DNA of 64,000 nucleotides from an uncultured Alphaproteobacteria bacterium (GTDB lineage Bacteria; Pseudomonadota; Alphaproteobacteria; RF32; CAG-239): NCBI GenBank assembly GCA_964017825.1, contig CAXHMA010000001.1, positions 193,115 to 257,114 of the forward strand, read 5' to 3'. Shown piece by piece: positions 61,146 to 64,000 of this stretch (position 1 is its first letter; each line of letters starts with the position of its first letter). The notes under the pieces were generated by a model. It saw only the letters and a program-made list of their open reading frames with translations, ran no database searches and was not told where the DNA came from. The position numbers and the translations under genes were made by a program.

Positions 61146-62405
61146 TCAAGCATTGATTAAATAATCGGGACGTTTTTTATACAAATACAAACACAACAGT
61201 ATCGCCGGTACCGCCAGCAAAGCGCTGATTGCAAAAAACATCGGCCAGGACGTCAATTCCAAAACCTTGCCGGAACTTGCCGCCACAACATCGCGTGCAA
61301 ACCCCGGCAGTGATGACAGTAAAGCATACTGCGTTGCCGTATAGCCGCGGTTGCAAAGAATGGACATAAAAGCGATAACCGCTGTTGTCGCCATGCCCGA
61401 CGATAAATTCTCCAAAGAAATAGTAAACACCAAATACAATACATTATGTCCGGCATAATAAAGCGGGATATAGAGTGCTGTTGTCAGCCCCTGAATCACG
61501 GCAAACAACAGCAATCCTTTCAATAAACCGGTTTTATTAATAATATAACCGCCTAAAAGCCCGCCCGCAATCGTCGCCGCCATGCCGTACAGCTTGGTGA
61601 TATACGCAATCTCGGTTTTAGAAAAGCCCAAATCGTCATAAAAAGGATACGCCATCGGTCCGAAATATGCATCACTGAGCCGATATGTAAATACAATAAA
61701 CAACGCTGCAATCCAATGCGGCTTTTGCATAAACTGTTTAAAAGGCTCAACTAAGGCATATTGCCAAATCCTTTTACCCTCCGGATGAACTATTTCCTGC
61801 CGTCTCGGTTCATCAGCACATAAGACGGCGGCCATGCCCATCAGCAAAAACAGAGCGTTTATCAGATAAACCGTATTCCAGGACATCATAGCGGCCAAAC
61901 CGATAGACAGAGCACCGGACATAATATTCCCCAAACGATATCCCAAAACATACATGGTTGCCCCGTCAACCTCTTTCTCATCGCTGTCAGCAAAAAGCTC
62001 CACCCTGAACGCATCCAAAACAATATCCTGTGTTGCCGAAAATAAACTGATTGCCAATGCTGTTGCCGCCATTAATCCTATCTGAGCGTCCGGCGTCAAC
62101 AAAGAAAGTACGGCAATGCTCAAAAACAGTCCGGCCTGAGCAAATAAAGCCCAGCTGCGCCGGCGTCCCAAGTGATGCAGCAAGGGCAGCTTAACCGTTT
62201 CCACGAGCGGTGCCCACAGCCACTTAAACGAATACGGCAATCTTAAAAGTGAAAAAGCGCCGATAGTCCGGTACGCTACATGATAGTCTTTAAGCCAAAA
62301 CGACAAAGTCCCGAAAACCAACGCCAGCGGCAGCCCGCTGGAAAATCCGAAAGCAAGGGTAATTAATATATTACGGGAAAAAATCGTTTTAATTTTCTTT
62401 ATCAT
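61146..62405 (-). CDS. ampG: AmpG-family MFS transporter (muropeptide permease-like); start uncertain
   Basis: 'FGFSSGLPLAL…TLSFWL' AmpG signature. 12 TM. Confidence 0.75.
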   Translation of the reverse strand: MIKKIKTIFSRNILITLAFGFSSGLPLALVFGTLSFWLKDYHVAYRTIGAFSLLRLPYSFKWLWAPLVETVKLPLLHHLGRRRSWALFAQAGLFLSIAVLSLLTPDAQIGLMAATALAISLFSATQDIVLDAFRVELFADSDEKEVDGATMYVLGYRLGNIMSGALSIGLAAMMSWNTVYLINALFLLMGMAAVLCADEPRRQEIVHPEGKRIWQYALVEPFKQFMQKPHWIAALFIVFTYRLSDAYFGPMAYPFYDDLGFSKTEIAYITKLYGMAATIAGGLLGGYIINKTGLLKGLLLFAVIQGLTTALYIPLYYAGHNVLYLVFTISLENLSSGMATTAVIAFMSILCNRGYTATQYALLSSLPGFARDVVAASSGKVLELTSWPMFFAISALLAVPAILLCLYLYKKRPDYLINA

Positions 62406-63363
62406 CCAGATTAACCTTTTTTTCAATAACATACAAAGGCCTGTTTTTAACTTCAATGAAAATTCGGCCGATATATTCGCCTAAAATGCCCAATATAATC
62501 ATCTGCAAACCGCCTAAAACCAAAATGAACACCAAAAGCGACGCATACCCCGGAACATCCGTTCCCTGTACAATTGTACGGATAATGATATACAAGGCGT
62601 AAAGCATGCCGATGGCAGAAAGCAGAGTGCCGAAATAACTCCAAACCCGCAACGGAAATGTTGTGGATGCGGTTATCCCGTCCAATGCAAAATTCCATAA
62701 TTTCCAATAATTCCACTTGCTCTCACCCGCCTTCCTTTTCTGCCGTGTATAAGGAATGCCCACAGACTTAAAGCCTGCCCAGCCGAATATCCCTTTCATA
62801 AACACATTGCATTCCCGAAGCTCTAAAATTGCATTGATGACTTTGCGGTCAATCAGCCTGTAATCCCCCGCATTATAAGGTATCGGCGAACGGGTCATTA
62901 AATTATATGTTTTATAAAAAAGTTCCGCCGTCCGGCGTTTTAAAAAAGTATCGCTCTGCCGGTCATTACGGATTCCGTAAACCATATCATAGCCTTCTTC
63001 CCACTTCTCGACAAAGCGGGCAATAAGCTCCGGAGGGTCTTGCAAATCAACATCCATCGGTATTGCCGCCCGACCGCGGCAATACTTTAAACCGGCCATA
63101 ATGCCGTATTCTTTGCCGAAATTGCGCGAAAATTTTATAACTTTTATCCTTGGGTCTTTTTCGGCATACTCTTCCAAAAAGGCATATGTTTTGTCAGTGG
63201 ACCCGTCATCAATACAAACAACCTCATACGTATAGCCGGCAAGTTTTTCCAAAGTGCTGCAAAGCGTCTTAAAAAAAACGCCGAGGCTTTCTTCCTCATT
63301 ATACATTGAAACGATGATACTCAAATCCGGCTGTGCCGGAAAACGGCTGATAACTTTCTTCAT
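62389..63363 (-). CDS. GT2-family glycosyltransferase (polyprenyl-phosphate sugar transferase-like, ArnC/DPM1 type) with C-terminal TM helices
   Basis: 'LSIIVSMYNEEESL…VCIDDGSTDKT'. Confidence 0.8.
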   Translation of the reverse strand: MKKVISRFPAQPDLSIIVSMYNEEESLGVFFKTLCSTLEKLAGYTYEVVCIDDGSTDKTYAFLEEYAEKDPRIKVIKFSRNFGKEYGIMAGLKYCRGRAAIPMDVDLQDPPELIARFVEKWEEGYDMVYGIRNDRQSDTFLKRRTAELFYKTYNLMTRSPIPYNAGDYRLIDRKVINAILELRECNVFMKGIFGWAGFKSVGIPYTRQKRKAGESKWNYWKLWNFALDGITASTTFPLRVWSYFGTLLSAIGMLYALYIIIRTIVQGTDVPGYASLLVFILVLGGLQMIILGILGEYIGRIFIEVKNRPLYVIEKKVNLDDKEN

Positions 63364-63498
63364 GCGGTTCTCTCCAATGCAAATCATAAGTTATATGTAA
63401 CTTTTTTTTACAATATAACATAATTTATTTGCCCTTTATTAACAGATTCCAAATTAAACTCATTTATCAACAAATTTATTAAAAAAGGAACAAACACT

Positions 63499-64000
63499 AT
63501 GTCGTTTATCAAATCTATCGCAACTTTCGGCGGATTTACCATGGTCAGCCGGCTGACGGGTTTTGTGCGCGATATGATTATTGCCGCTTTCTTGGGCGCC
63601 GGAACGGTCTCGGATGCTTTTCTGGTTTCATTCAAACTGCCCAATCTTTTTCGCAGCCTGTTTGCCGAAGGAGCTTTCACATCTGCGTTTGTACCGCTTT
63701 TTTCTTCCAAGCTTATCGCATCCGGCCGGCAAAAATCTGTCGAATTTGCAGCCAAAGCCGTCTCATTGTTAACATTCTTTCTTATTGTCTTTGTTATCGT
63801 TTTTGAATTGGCAATGCCTTTTGTTGTTAAGGTCTTGGCTCCCGGATTCACCGGAAACCCCGAAAAAATCGCTCTGACCGTTTCGCTGTGCCGCATAACT
63901 TTTCCGTTTTTATTATTTATTTCTATTGTTTCCTTTCAGGCAGGAATATTAAACTCGTTTGACCGTTTTGCCGCCCCCGCCGCCGCCCCGATAATTTTAA
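63499..64000 (+). CDS. murJ: Lipid II flippase MurJ (MviN), N-terminal fragment; the ORF runs off the window end
   Basis: Translation 'MSFIKSIATFGGFTMVSRLTGFVRDMIIAAFLGAGTVSDAFLVSFKLPNLFRSLFAEGAF' matches the MurJ N-terminus. Absent from the ORF track because no stop is reached. Confidence 0.85.
   Translation, partial: MSFIKSIATFGGFTMVSRLTGFVRDMIIAAFLGAGTVSDAFLVSFKLPNLFRSLFAEGAFTSAFVPLFSSKLIASGRQKSVEFAAKAVSLLTFFLIVFVIVFELAMPFVVKVLAPGFTGNPEKIALTVSLCRITFPFLLFISIVSFQAGILNSFDRFAAPAAAPIIL

Overview
This 64-kb window is probably from a host-associated alphaproteobacterium with roughly 45-50% GC. The lineage call rests on a CtrA orthologue, a DUF1013/AT-hook protein, the DUF4164-zapA pair, and trmB-XRE-lnt-ybeY-phoH-miaB synteny.

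Core genes present:
- rpoA-rpsK-rpsM-secY, with adk and rplQ missing.
- tuf preceded by tRNA-Tyr and tRNA-Gly.
- efp, rpmE, folD, ppa, miaB, phoH, ybeY, lnt, trmB, ybaK, zapA, a YmdB-like gene, murQ/rlmB, SOD, ctrA, an AmpG-like MFS, a GT2 gene and the start of murJ.
- tRNA-Leu(CAA) and tRNA-Ser(GGA).

These are interleaved with accessory or orphan material:
1. A co-directional minus-strand cluster vWA(TerY-like)-PP2C phosphatase-membrane Ser/Thr kinase, i.e. a TerY-P-type triad with ATGA/overlap coupling. It is followed by an NMO-like flavoprotein, a GNAT and an M20 deacylase.
2. Two autotransporters sharing an unusual N-terminal module (signal peptide, ankyrin repeat, hydrophobic Gly/Ala stretch). 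One is an S8 subtilase and one is an 1837-aa Gly-rich giant.
3. An [FeFe]-hydrogenase-like protein with all three H-cluster motifs, next to a TlpA-like thioredoxin.
4. A TerB-like protein with a Cys-rich partner.
5. A 349-bp tandem duplication whose units each carry a sigma70-like promoter and an intrinsic terminator (paired sRNA candidates), converging with a Ser/Arg-rich micro-ORF.
6. Tandem paralogous secreted 169-aa proteins.
7. A catalytically degenerate IMPase-like gene coupled to efp.
8. Several orphan proteins with no recognisable domains.

No CRISPR arrays, IS elements, integrases or phage genes were seen. All calls come from reading the sequence and ORF translations only; no database searches were run.
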